The position numbers and the translations under genes were made by a program. Shown one piece after another: positions 1 through 9,584 of a stretch of DNA of 64,000 nt (position 1 is the stretch's first letter; each line of letters opens with the position of its first letter). The notes beneath the pieces were generated by a model, which ran no database searches, was not told the origin of the DNA, and saw only the letters and a program-made list of their open reading frames with translations. Source of the stretch: Candidatus Cloacimonadota bacterium (GTDB lineage Bacteria > Cloacimonadota > Cloacimonadia > Cloacimonadales > TCS61); NCBI GenBank assembly GCA_018400535.1, contig JAGYMQ010000047.1, positions 4,997 through 68,996 of the forward strand. Direction: 5' to 3'.

Positions 1-1892
1 CAGACACCATGATAATAATAATAACCATCCACATACTTATTTTTTTCCCAAAAATATAAACTATCACCTATAGAAGTTGAGATAGCAGGTGTAACCAACC
101 AATCTTCACTAATTGATGAAACATTATCATCGTTATGGTAGGCACTGTGAGATGGAGAATGCGACCAATAAGTGGTTTGTTGCCAACCCGAACCTGCGCT
201 TCCCAAAATATATTCGTTCCAACCTGATGGTGGAAAAGAACCTTCAAAATCCTCAAAAAAAGCTGAACGATCTGCGACATAATTGACATTCGCCGAATAG
301 ATCAGATCGATATCTCCCGAATTGGAAACTTGTAAGATCTCATTGTAAGTAGATGTGGTATCAAGAACATTTTCAAAAGATAGATCTGAAAGATCGCAGG
401 TGGGATAGCCTATCAATTCTGTAATCTGAATATCATCTATTAACCAGCCGAATTTCTGTATGCTGGAATTTACCTGTATTCGGAAGCGGATGACAGCAGC
501 CTCGGAAAAATTATATGCAGAAAGATCGAAGATTTCTTCCCGCCACATGGAATTATCGGGAGTCTGATTTTCTGTACCCCACTCTGGATATGCTGTTTCC
601 CAAAAACACTCATTGGTGAAATATTCGGCAGAAATTCCCATATAATCCGAAGCAGACAAGGGCTGCCAATTATATCCAGCATCGGTAGAAATTTCCACAA
701 GACAAGAATCGTGATCAGCTTCAGTTTTGGCGATATGCTGAAATTTTAAATAGGTATTTATTCTCGCTGTGAGATCCATCGTGCAAGTTTGAATGAGAAT
801 ATTAGTATCATTATCTTCATAATTATTCCAGGCAGCAGAATCAGCACTAACAAACAGTGTGTCGTGCATAATCCAATCTGTATCGTTTCCCAAAATAGGA
901 TTTTTAAAATTTTCAAACCCATCATTGAAATCTTCTATTATAGGAAACCCTGAACAAGCAGGATATTGAGTGGTGAAATTCCAAACAGCACTATTTTTTG
1001 TGTGAGGATATTTAATAGCAGATATTTGCCAATAGTAGGTTGTCAGATTTTCCAGATTTCCACCGAGTATATCATTCAAAAGTGTATCAATCGCAGCTCC
1101 TTCATAAATACAGTTTAGTGGTGGATCAATCGTATCGAAATAGACACGTACAGAATCAGTATTCCCACCGTTCGTCCAGCCTAGATCAGTATTCACAGAT
1201 ATTCCGGTTGATTGATGATCGGGTTCCGGGTCGGAAGGAGTTCCGGGAACGCCATTATCAACACCGGTTATTTGAACATCATCGATACAAATGCCATAAC
1301 CGCCGTTGAGATCACCGACGAAGCTTATCTGGTAAGTGCTGCTAGGATTTGGTAAATAGGGTAAATTATCAATTTTATGCCACCAATCATAATTATTTGT
1401 AACAAAGCCAATTTCATGCCAGGAGTCATTTTCTGAAGTTCTATATTGGATACTGGTATAGTCTTGATTGATACTCCATTGTTCCTGATAAATCCAAAAT
1501 GTTAAATCAGGTTGTGAGGTAAAATTTCCAAAATCAATGGGTGGTGAGATCAATCTGGTTTCATATCCTCCACTGCCCCAATAATGATAAAGGCAGGCAT
1601 TAGTTGCTCCAGAATGTGAATTGGAAGGTTGTCCGCTACCATTTCCTTGCATAAACAACCACAATTCTGAGCCTGAAATGATTTCCTGCGTCCAGCCTGG
1701 TGGTGGTTCTCCTCCATGATCGAAATGTTCAAAAAAAACGACTTCATCTCTTTCTTCTTCGTAATTGATCTGTGAAGTTTCGTTGACGACGGTTTTGTTT
1801 CCTTCTTCTGTTTTGTTATTGGGTTTATCAGCGAAAAGTTGTAAGGGAATAAAGACTAATAAAAACAAAATAATTAAATCATTTCTATTCAT
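1..1892 (-). CDS. Secreted surface protein, N-terminal part (ORF runs off the left edge); repeated MAM / choice-of-anchor-J-like modules
   Basis: Absent from the ORF track because it has no stop inside the window. My manual translation from ATG at 1892-1890 (AAGGAGG 5 nt upstream) is stop-free for 630 codons down to position 3. The N-terminus MNRNDLIILFLLVFIPLQLFA looks like a signal peptide. A module-start motif recurs three times: VFFEHFDHGGEPPPGW, IIEDFNDGFENF, FFEDFEGSFPPSGW. Confidence 0.8.
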   Translation of the reverse strand, partial: MNRNDLIILFLLVFIPLQLFADKPNNKTEEGNKTVVNETSQINYEEERDEVVFFEHFDHGGEPPPGWTQEIISGSELWLFMQGNGSGQPSNSHSGATNACLYHYWGSGGYETRLISPPIDFGNFTSQPDLTFWIYQEQWSINQDYTSIQYRTSENDSWHEIGFVTNNYDWWHKIDNLPYLPNPSSTYQISFVGDLNGGYGICIDDVQITGVDNGVPGTPSDPEPDHQSTGISVNTDLGWTNGGNTDSVRVYFDTIDPPLNCIYEGAAIDTLLNDILGGNLENLTTYYWQISAIKYPHTKNSAVWNFTTQYPACSGFPIIEDFNDGFENFKNPILGNDTDWIMHDTLFVSADSAAWNNYEDNDTNILIQTCTMDLTARINTYLKFQHIAKTEADHDSCLVEISTDAGYNWQPLSASDYMGISAEYFTNECFWETAYPEWGTENQTPDNSMWREEIFDLSAYNFSEAAVIRFRIQVNSSIQKFGWLIDDIQITELIGYPTCDLSDLSFENVLDTTSTYNEILQVSNSGDIDLIYSANVNYVADRSAFFEDFEGSFPPSGWNEYILGSAGSGWQQTTYWSHSPSHSAYHNDDNVSSISEDWLVTPAISTSIGDSLYFWEKNKYVDGYYYYHGV

Positions 1893-1990
1893 TGTTGCCT
1901 CCTTATAAAAATATTTTCAATACATCTGCCTGAAAACATAATTTCAAAAAAAATGCAATAAAAAAATTCAATATCCATCATTTTTATCAA

Positions 1991-2467
1991 TCAATTTTCC
2001 TGATATTTGTTTGCCCGTAATCTTCGGAGAGCTTTTTCTTTCAGCTGTCGCACTCTTTCATACCGAAGTTGCATTTTATCAGCAATTTCGTTCAAGGTCA
2101 GCTCTTCGTGAAAAAGATATTCGAGTATTTCTTTTTCTAGAATTGGAAAATCTGATGGGATCTCTAGTTTTTCATCTTTTTTTGTTGGAAATGAATGATC
2201 GGCAACAGTTTCTTCGACGAGGTGAACAGAATTTAATGATTGTTTCTTCTCGTGATTCACAGCTTCGAATATTCTTTTTTTTATCCAGAAAGTAGCATAA
2301 GTGGAAAATTTGGTTTCCTTTTTTGGATCAAATCTTTCCAGGGCTTGAAGCAAGCCTAATATCCCTTCCTGTATCAAATCTTCTTGCGGAATTGTGCTGT
2401 TAAAAAATTTTGCGGCGATCTTTTTGATCAGACCAATATTCTTTTCGATGATCTTCTCTTTATTCAT
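1991..2467 (-). CDS. Compact sigma-70 family RNA polymerase sigma factor (regions 2 and 4 only)
   Basis: 158 aa. Region 2 reads DLIQEGILGLLQALERFDP...FSTYATFWIKKRI. Region 4.2 reads LTLNEIADKMQLRYERVRQLKEKALRRLR. Its start overlaps the end of the upstream kinase gene by 8 nt. Confidence 0.8.
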   Translation of the reverse strand: MNKEKIIEKNIGLIKKIAAKFFNSTIPQEDLIQEGILGLLQALERFDPKKETKFSTYATFWIKKRIFEAVNHEKKQSLNSVHLVEETVADHSFPTKKDEKLEIPSDFPILEKEILEYLFHEELTLNEIADKMQLRYERVRQLKEKALRRLRANKYQEN

Positions 2468-3815
2468 CGATCCTGCTTGGTAAATAGATCATGAATCTTG
2501 TTCCAATACCAGTTTCGCTTTCCACTTTGATCTTGCCGTTATGCAGGTTAACAATGTGTTTCACGATCGAAAGTCCTAATCCTGTTCCGCCAAGTTTCCG
2601 TGATCTTGATTTATCTACAACATAGAATCTTTCAAATAATCGGGGAAGGTGTTTTTCTGCAATTCCTGAGCCTGAATCGCTGATCTGAAAAACGATATTA
2701 TCTTTTTGCGAATAGATTTTGATCTGGATAAATCCGCGATTAGTATATTTGATCGCATTATCGATAATATTGATGAGCGCTTGTTCCAATTTGAATCTAT
2801 CGGCACGAAATTTTCCAGTGCCTGATGCGATCTTATATTCGAATTGCAACTTTTTTTCTTCGATTTTGTGATAAAAAATTTGAGAAATATTTTGTAACAG
2901 GTCTTCTGGATCTATCAATTCCCATTCCAATTCTCGGTAATGTTCCAAACGCGAAAGTGATAGCAGATCACTCACAATATTTATCAGTCGATCGACATTG
3001 CGTTTGATCACGATCAGATAATCGCTAAATTTTTCGTCAGTTTCATCTTCCAAAATTTCCAGATATCCCTTGATCGAAGTGAGTGGCGTGCGCAATTCAT
3101 GTGAAACATTGAGCACAAAATCTTTTTTAATGATCTCAACTTTTTTCAATTCAGTGATCTCGGAAAGAATAAAAACTGTTTGTTCAGGAAATTTTGAATG
3201 GGAAGCACTGGCGATATAAAATTTATTTTGAAAATTGATTTCAGTAGTCTTCGAGCTGGGATTTTGATACGTCTCGTCAATAAGATCATAGAGAGCTTTG
3301 ATCTTTACGACGTGCCAGAAATATTTTCCTTTGATCTCTGTGCTATCGATGAGATCAGCAAAACTTTGATTGTAGGAAGTGATCACGCCTTTATCGTTTT
3401 GGATCCAGATCGCATCTTGCACAGATTCGATGATCGTGTTGAATCCTTCTTTTTGTTCAGAAAGTTTTGCCTCGTATTTTTTCAATCTAACAATGATCTT
3501 TTGCAGATTGATGAATGGTTTCTTCAGTCTTTCATCGGCAGGCAATTCGACATTTTCATAAATCTGTTGTGAAGTTTTTTCTAACATTTTTTCCAGATTG
3601 GAAATTTGTTTTGTGATGCGATAGATAAAAAATCCTGCCAGTAAAAAGATCCACAAGATCATCAGAGAAAAAATGAAGATAGAAGATAATGAAAAAAGCT
3701 GATAACCGATCAAAAGCGAGATTAAAACGCCTTGAATAAAAAAGAGAAAAGCAAAAAGCCAGAAAGCTCGATGGAAATTCTTATCTCTCAAATTTATATC
3801 CAACACCTCGCACAT
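2460..3815 (-). CDS. Sensor histidine kinase, PhoR-like (2 TM, PAS, HisKA, HATPase_c)
   Basis: 451 aa. H-box is VSHELRTPLTSIKGYLE. C-terminal G-boxes are DSGSGI and GGTGLGLSIVKHIV. The N-terminus is hydrophobic. The start could be a few codons downstream (GTG/TTG alternatives). Confidence 0.9.
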   Translation of the reverse strand: MCEVLDINLRDKNFHRAFWLFAFLFFIQGVLISLLIGYQLFSLSSIFIFSLMILWIFLLAGFFIYRITKQISNLEKMLEKTSQQIYENVELPADERLKKPFINLQKIIVRLKKYEAKLSEQKEGFNTIIESVQDAIWIQNDKGVITSYNQSFADLIDSTEIKGKYFWHVVKIKALYDLIDETYQNPSSKTTEINFQNKFYIASASHSKFPEQTVFILSEITELKKVEIIKKDFVLNVSHELRTPLTSIKGYLEILEDETDEKFSDYLIVIKRNVDRLINIVSDLLSLSRLEHYRELEWELIDPEDLLQNISQIFYHKIEEKKLQFEYKIASGTGKFRADRFKLEQALINIIDNAIKYTNRGFIQIKIYSQKDNIVFQISDSGSGIAEKHLPRLFERFYVVDKSRSRKLGGTGLGLSIVKHIVNLHNGKIKVESETGIGTRFMIYLPSRIDE

Positions 3816-4458
3816 TCTTGATCAATTTTCCCGCTTTGCCCAATTTTTCGCGTAAATTGCGGACATGAACATCAACGGTGCGATCCAAGACAATTTTTTC
3901 ATTTCCCCACAAATGATCCAGAATCTGATTACGAGAATAAACCCAGCCGATGCGTTTCGTCAAAAGTTCTAACAATTTAAATTCCGTCGTTGTCAGATCA
4001 ATCTTGCGAAATTCACTCCAGACTTCATATTTGGGAAAATTGATCTTCAATAAATTTCCAATTTCCAAAATATCCTGATCTTGAACAAGCCCACGCCGAA
4101 GAACTGCTTTGACGCGAGCAACCAATTCACGCGGAGAAAAGGGTTTCACGACATAATCATCAGCGCCGAATTCCAATCCGAGAATCCGATCCATTTCTTC
4201 GCCCTTTGCGGTGAGCATGATGACCGGTATGGGATTTGTTCTTTCATTTTTTTTTAATTCCTTGCAGATATCAAAGCCATCTGCGTCAGGCAACATTAGA
4301 TCGAGGATTAGAAGATCTGGAAGTTCTTGCACAAGAAATTTTTTCAGCTCTGCAGCAGTTTCAAATTTGATCGCATTGAAACCCGCTTTTTCCAGATTTA
4401 TCGAAACCAGATTTAAAATATCGGTCTCGTCATCGACAATTGCAATTGTTTTTTTCAT
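3781..4458 (-). CDS. OmpR/PhoB-family response regulator (receiver + winged helix)
   Basis: 225 aa. Receiver motifs are VDDE and DLLILDLMLPDADG. The C-terminal winged-helix segment is LTTTEFKLLELL...VRGVGYKF. Confidence 0.9.
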   Translation of the reverse strand: MKKTIAIVDDETDILNLVSINLEKAGFNAIKFETAAELKKFLVQELPDLLILDLMLPDADGFDICKELKKNERTNPIPVIMLTAKGEEMDRILGLEFGADDYVVKPFSPRELVARVKAVLRRGLVQDQDILEIGNLLKINFPKYEVWSEFRKIDLTTTEFKLLELLTKRIGWVYSRNQILDHLWGNEKIVLDRTVDVHVRNLREKLGKAGKLIKNVRGVGYKFER

Positions 4459-6131
4459 TTTTTATTTCTTTTCTGGATTTTTTTCCAGACATCACGCAGC
4501 GTGACTGTGCGATTAAAAACTGGATGCTCTGCGGTTGAATCGTCATCTTTGCAAAAATAGCCAAGTCTTTCAAATTGAACTTTCGTCTGGACAGGAAGAT
4601 TTTTAGTGCATAATTCCAATTTGCAATTTTTCAGTATCTTCAATGAATTGGGATTGATCGAATCTGTGATATCTTCTTCAGCAGCTGGATTTGGAACTTC
4701 AAACAAATTTTCATAAAGACGAATTTCAGTATCGATGGCAAATCTCGCCGAGACCCAATGCAGCGTAGCTTTCACTTTTCTACCATCAGGTGATCTTCCA
4801 CCGCGAGAGGGTGGATCAATCGTGCAATGCAGCTCTTTGATCTCGCCAGTTATTTTATCTTTTATCACTTTTTCACATTTCATAAAATAGGCATAACGCA
4901 AGCGAACTTCTCGACCGGGAGCAAGACGGAAAAATTTTTTGGGAGGATTTTCCATAAAATCAGTTCTTTCGATGTAAATTTCCTTTGTGAAAGGTATCGT
5001 GCGCTTTCCAGCTGTTTCGTCTTCAGGATTATTTATCGCTTCCAGATCATCTACTTCTTCTTCAGGAAAATTATCAATTATTACTTTCAAGGGACGCAAA
5101 ACTCCCATAACTCGATTTGCTCTTTTATTCAAATCCTCGCGGATCGTGTGTTCTAAAAGTGCCATATCGACGATGCTTTCTCTTTTCGCCAAGCCGATCT
5201 TTTCACAAAAATTACGAATGGATTCTGGCGTGTAACCTCGTCGGCGTAATCCAGAGATCGTAGGCAGACGTGGATCATCCCAACCGGAAACGATGTTTTC
5301 TGCTATGAGCCGAGAAAGCAGACGTTTGCTCATTACGGTGTAATTCAAATTAAGTCGGGCAAATTCGATCTGCTGCGGATGATGGATGTTTAGATTTTCC
5401 AGAAACCAATCATAAAGCGGTCGATTATTTTCAAATTCTATCGAGCACAGCGAGTGCGTGATGCCCTCAAGAGAATCTTCCAGACAATGAGCAAAATCAT
5501 ACATTGGATAAATATTCCATTCATTTTCGGTGCGATGATGAGCTTTCTTTTTGATGCGATACATTAGCGGATCTCTCATCAACATATTTGGTGAGCTCAT
5601 ATCGATCTTGGCACGCAGAACATGCTCTCCTTCCTCAAATTCACCGTTCTTCATTCTTTCCAGAAGGTTTAGATTTTCCTCCGCACTGCGGTTTCGATAA
5701 GGACTTGGTTTTCCTGATTCTTTCACTGTGCCACGATTTTCCCTGATCTCTGCTGGCGATTGACTATCGACATAAGCTTTGCCACTGCGGATCAATTCTT
5801 TGGCAAATTCATACATTTGCGGGAAATAATCAGAAGCAAAATATAATCGATCTTCCCAATCATAGCCAAGCCATTTAATATCTTTTTGGATGGAATGTAC
5901 GAATTCTTCTTCTTCTTTGGCCGGATTTGTATCGTCGAAACGTAAATTACATAGCCCATCATAATCTTCGGCGATGCCAAAATTCAAGCAGATCGATTTG
6001 GCGTGTCCGATGTGCAGATAACCGTTTGGTTCAGGTGGAAATCTGGTGTGGACTTTGCCATCGAATCTTCCAGTTCGATTATGTTCATCAATGATATTAC
6101 GGATAAAATTAGTTTTTTCTTTATTTTCCAT
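4455..6131 (-). CDS. glnS: Glutaminyl-tRNA synthetase
   Basis: 558 aa. HIGH region is TRFPPEPNGYLHIGHAKS. KMSKS-type loop is VMSKR. The length is typical of GlnRS. Confidence 0.93.
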   Translation of the reverse strand: MENKEKTNFIRNIIDEHNRTGRFDGKVHTRFPPEPNGYLHIGHAKSICLNFGIAEDYDGLCNLRFDDTNPAKEEEEFVHSIQKDIKWLGYDWEDRLYFASDYFPQMYEFAKELIRSGKAYVDSQSPAEIRENRGTVKESGKPSPYRNRSAEENLNLLERMKNGEFEEGEHVLRAKIDMSSPNMLMRDPLMYRIKKKAHHRTENEWNIYPMYDFAHCLEDSLEGITHSLCSIEFENNRPLYDWFLENLNIHHPQQIEFARLNLNYTVMSKRLLSRLIAENIVSGWDDPRLPTISGLRRRGYTPESIRNFCEKIGLAKRESIVDMALLEHTIREDLNKRANRVMGVLRPLKVIIDNFPEEEVDDLEAINNPEDETAGKRTIPFTKEIYIERTDFMENPPKKFFRLAPGREVRLRYAYFMKCEKVIKDKITGEIKELHCTIDPPSRGGRSPDGRKVKATLHWVSARFAIDTEIRLYENLFEVPNPAAEEDITDSINPNSLKILKNCKLELCTKNLPVQTKVQFERLGYFCKDDDSTAEHPVFNRTVTLRDVWKKIQKRNKK

Positions 6132-6140
6132 AAATACTCC

Positions 6141-7244
6141 TCAAAAAAATTTATTTAAGCGATTATATATTTCGATCAGAATTAATTGGGGATTGATATG
6201 TCCCAAAAGCTTCAGTTTCATTTTTTCCAAAAATTCTGTCAGCATCGAAGCTTGATCTCCGATCTGTGGATTCTTCTTATAAAATTTCATCAATAATTTT
6301 TTCTGGTCAACGTTCACGATCTTTTCTGGATCGCTTTGCAAATATACGATATCACCGATCCAGATCATCAATAACGAGATCATTTCGTTGATTAGCTTTT
6401 GATCCTTTTGTGAACGATAATGATCTACAAAGCTAATAAATTTTAGATCATCATGCTCGATGATCATTTGTAACAAATTCAGGAAATTATCTCGTGATTC
6501 CAGATTTTTATCTTGTGCCAACCGTAATGCCTTAGCCATATTTCCGTTTGCAATCCGTGCAAAAAGCTTTGCATCGTATTCATTGACGGCGGTTTTTTCC
6601 AATAGATTTTCGATGATCATCTCGCTGGAAATAGGCAGGAAGGGAATTTTTTGACAACGTGAAATGATCGTTGGTAAGAGAACATTTGGTTTTTTTGTTG
6701 TGAGAATAATGATCGTATCGGCAGGTGGTTCTTCCAGAGTTTTCAAAAAAGCATTGGCAGCTTCTCTATTTATCAAATCAGCATCTTCGATGATATAGAC
6801 TTTTTTTAATCCTTCATTTGGAGAAAGCATTATTCTGTGTTCCAACATTCTGATGCTATCAATTCTGATCTCAATATTCTGAGAAAAAAAGAATTCTCGC
6901 CAGGGAGTATTTTTTTTATTTTCGAGATAAGCTTCATATTCGTGCAACACTTTTTCAGATTTGACTTCACCATCGATCGAGATATTCAATTTTGGTGTCG
7001 GAAAAATATACATCAGATCGGGATGAGAAAAGTTCAAAAATTTTTTGCAGGAAGGACAAAATCCGCAAGGGCGTTTTTCCAGCGTGGCATGACAATTGAT
7101 CATCATTCCGAAATAGAGAGCAGTGGTAAATTTTCCCACACCTTCTGGACCATAAAAAAGATAGCTATTTGCCAGCTTGTCATTTTTCACGGCATTACGC
7201 AAAAGAGCTATCGCACGGTCTTGTCCTTTGATTTTTGAGAACAT
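6141..7244 (-). CDS. holB: DNA polymerase III subunit delta-prime
   Basis: 367 aa. P-loop-like YGPEGVGKFT, zinc module CGFCPSCKKF, IIEDADLINREAANAFLKTLEEPP, and an SRC motif in TIISRCQ. Confidence 0.85.
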   Translation of the reverse strand: MFSKIKGQDRAIALLRNAVKNDKLANSYLFYGPEGVGKFTTALYFGMMINCHATLEKRPCGFCPSCKKFLNFSHPDLMYIFPTPKLNISIDGEVKSEKVLHEYEAYLENKKNTPWREFFFSQNIEIRIDSIRMLEHRIMLSPNEGLKKVYIIEDADLINREAANAFLKTLEEPPADTIIILTTKKPNVLLPTIISRCQKIPFLPISSEMIIENLLEKTAVNEYDAKLFARIANGNMAKALRLAQDKNLESRDNFLNLLQMIIEHDDLKFISFVDHYRSQKDQKLINEMISLLMIWIGDIVYLQSDPEKIVNVDQKKLLMKFYKKNPQIGDQASMLTEFLEKMKLKLLGHINPQLILIEIYNRLNKFF

Positions 7245-7811
7245 TTAGAATTCCAGATTTTCTTTGATGAAAATGCTATCAAACTCACTGGCGATAGCAT
7301 CCATCAAAATCTCATCATATTTTTTTCCGGCCAAAATCATCGCTTCTCTTCGTTTTCCAATGATCTTGAAACCTGCTTTTTGATATGCTTTGATCGCCCG
7401 TTTATTGAAATCAAAGACTTCTAACATTATATTATGTAAATTTAAAATGTTAAAGCCGAAATCGAGAATTAATTTTGTCGCTTCTGTGCCGAAGCCTCTA
7501 TTCCAATATTTTTTGTTTCCGATCAAGATTCCAAACATTGCTTTGCGATTGCGATGATTCACGTCGAAAAGACTGCAATTGCCGATCAATTCATCGTTTT
7601 GGAGATCAACGATCGAAAAAATGTAATTACCTGTTTCTTGCAACTGCTCGAGAATATTGCGTTCGCTTTGCAACGATAATTGTTGGCGAAAAAGCAGCGT
7701 ATATTTCGTCACTTCCAGATCATTCAACCACTCACAATATTTTTCTGCATCTTGGAGAGAAATCGGTGAAAGATAACATTTTTTGCCGATCAGCTTTTTA
7801 TAATATTTCAT
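7245..7811 (-). CDS. GNAT family N-acetyltransferase (RimJ/RimL-like)
   Basis: 188 aa. The acetyl-CoA motif is WNRGFGTEATKLILDFGF. It abuts holB with no gap. Confidence 0.8.
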   Translation of the reverse strand: MKYYKKLIGKKCYLSPISLQDAEKYCEWLNDLEVTKYTLLFRQQLSLQSERNILEQLQETGNYIFSIVDLQNDELIGNCSLFDVNHRNRKAMFGILIGNKKYWNRGFGTEATKLILDFGFNILNLHNIMLEVFDFNKRAIKAYQKAGFKIIGKRREAMILAGKKYDEILMDAIASEFDSIFIKENLEF

Positions 7812-7818
7812 CAGGAAT

Positions 7819-9258
7819 TCACTTTTCCTTTATCTGCTTTTCCAATCTTTGCAAAACTTTTTCTTTTCCCAGAATATCAATGATCGTAGGTAGTTCAGGT
7901 CCGTGTGGTTTTCCATAAAGAGCAATTCGTAAAGGTGGATAAAGATGTTTTCCTTTGATACCGAGTTCTTTGCCAGAGCGCTTCAGCAGTTTGTTGATCA
8001 AATTTTCATCGATCGTTTTTGCTGATTGAATATTCTCCAACCAAAATTTTAGTAAAATTTGTGAATTATCTGTTCGCAGGATTTTTCGATCATTTTCAGA
8101 AATTTCTAATCCTTTAAAAAAAGGTGCTGCAAAAGCGCTGATCTCGTCCAGAGTCGTGATTCGTTGTCTTGCCACTTCGACCAATTCCTTTAGATGTTCA
8201 GTTTTTTCCAAATGATAACCAGCTTCTTGGAAAAAGGTCTTAGCACGTTTTGCGATCTCATCAATATCAAGTTTGTGAAGGTATTGCTTGTTCATCCAAT
8301 TCAATTTATCCAGATCAAACACAGCTCCTGATTTGTTCAAACGTTTCAGAGAAAAATCTTTGATCAGTTCATTCAGATCATAAATTTCCTTATTTCCTTT
8401 GGCGTGCCAACCCAGCAGTGCTACAAAATTGATCAGCGTTTCTTTGAGATAACCTTTTTTAAGAAAATCTTCAACTGCTACATCTCCCTGTCTTTTGCTC
8501 AATTTACTTTTATCGGAATTCAACAACAGCGGTAAATGGCACATTTTCGATGGTTTCCAGCCAAAAGCATCATACAGAAAAAGATGTTTGGGAACGCTGG
8601 AAAGCCATTCTTCGCCACGAATGACATGCGTGATCCGCATCAAATGATCATCAACAACATTTGCCAGATGGTAGGTTGGAAAACCGTCGGATTTCAATAA
8701 AACTTGATCATCAACCATTTTCCAGGGAATTGACACCTTATCCCGCACCAGATCATAAAAAGTGCATTCTCCATTTTTTGGAACTTTCAGACGAACCACA
8801 TATTTTTCACCGTTTGCGATCCGTTCTTCAGCTTCTTTTGTACTGAGATCTCGACAGCGTCCGTCATAATGAAAATCTTCACCACGCTTTTTTTGTTGTT
8901 CACGCATTTTTTGCAGATCTTCTTTCGTGCAAAAGCAAGGATATGCCGCATCTTTTGCGATCAATTCATCGACGTATTTACGGTAGATGTCGGTTCTTTC
9001 AGACTGGAAATAAGGACCGAATTCTCCACCGTTCTGCGGTCCTTCATCAAAATCTATATTCAAGGACTGCAAGGTTTTCAAAAGATTTTCCACAGCATCT
9101 TTCACAAATCGATTCTGGTCAGTATCTTCGATACGAAGAATGAATTTCCCGCCTGTTTTACGGGCATAAAGATAATTATATAAAGCAGTTCTTAAACTGC
9201 CAACGTGCAAATAACCTGTCGGACTTGGTGCGAATCTAACTCTGATCTCATTACTCAT
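7819..9258 (-). CDS. gltX: Glutamyl-tRNA synthetase
   Basis: 479 aa. The N-terminus is RFAPSPTGYLHVGSLRTALYNYL and the KMSKS-type loop is KLSKR. Confidence 0.93.
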   Translation of the reverse strand: MSNEIRVRFAPSPTGYLHVGSLRTALYNYLYARKTGGKFILRIEDTDQNRFVKDAVENLLKTLQSLNIDFDEGPQNGGEFGPYFQSERTDIYRKYVDELIAKDAAYPCFCTKEDLQKMREQQKKRGEDFHYDGRCRDLSTKEAEERIANGEKYVVRLKVPKNGECTFYDLVRDKVSIPWKMVDDQVLLKSDGFPTYHLANVVDDHLMRITHVIRGEEWLSSVPKHLFLYDAFGWKPSKMCHLPLLLNSDKSKLSKRQGDVAVEDFLKKGYLKETLINFVALLGWHAKGNKEIYDLNELIKDFSLKRLNKSGAVFDLDKLNWMNKQYLHKLDIDEIAKRAKTFFQEAGYHLEKTEHLKELVEVARQRITTLDEISAFAAPFFKGLEISENDRKILRTDNSQILLKFWLENIQSAKTIDENLINKLLKRSGKELGIKGKHLYPPLRIALYGKPHGPELPTIIDILGKEKVLQRLEKQIKEK

Positions 9259-9584
9259 TATTTCTCCCTGAATTTTTTTTCAAAAAATTTCCCTTTGTCT
9301 GAATGTCAACTTTTAAAATCATTAGCTGATATAAGCAAAAAATTCTAAATATTTTCGTTAGTATGATCAAATTGGTTTTTTAGGAGTTCAAAGATTGGAC
9401 TTTCTGATAAATAATTTTCAGTCAACACGTTACAAACCAAAAAATTTCGATCTTGGCACTTATCGAATTTTTCAACTCAATAAATCTCTTTCTGAGAAAA
9501 CCACAACAAAACTCGAAAAACACTTTTTTCATTTGACACAATCAGGCATAATTTCAGAAAAGCAAAAAAATTGAGAAAAAAAGC

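Noticed and set aside
1-1892. Possible alternative genetic code or a non-coding region, because the ORF track shows only short ORFs here.
   Set aside because: Manual translation on the minus strand gives one uninterrupted standard-code ORF from the ATG at 1892. The track simply omits ORFs that lack a stop inside the window.
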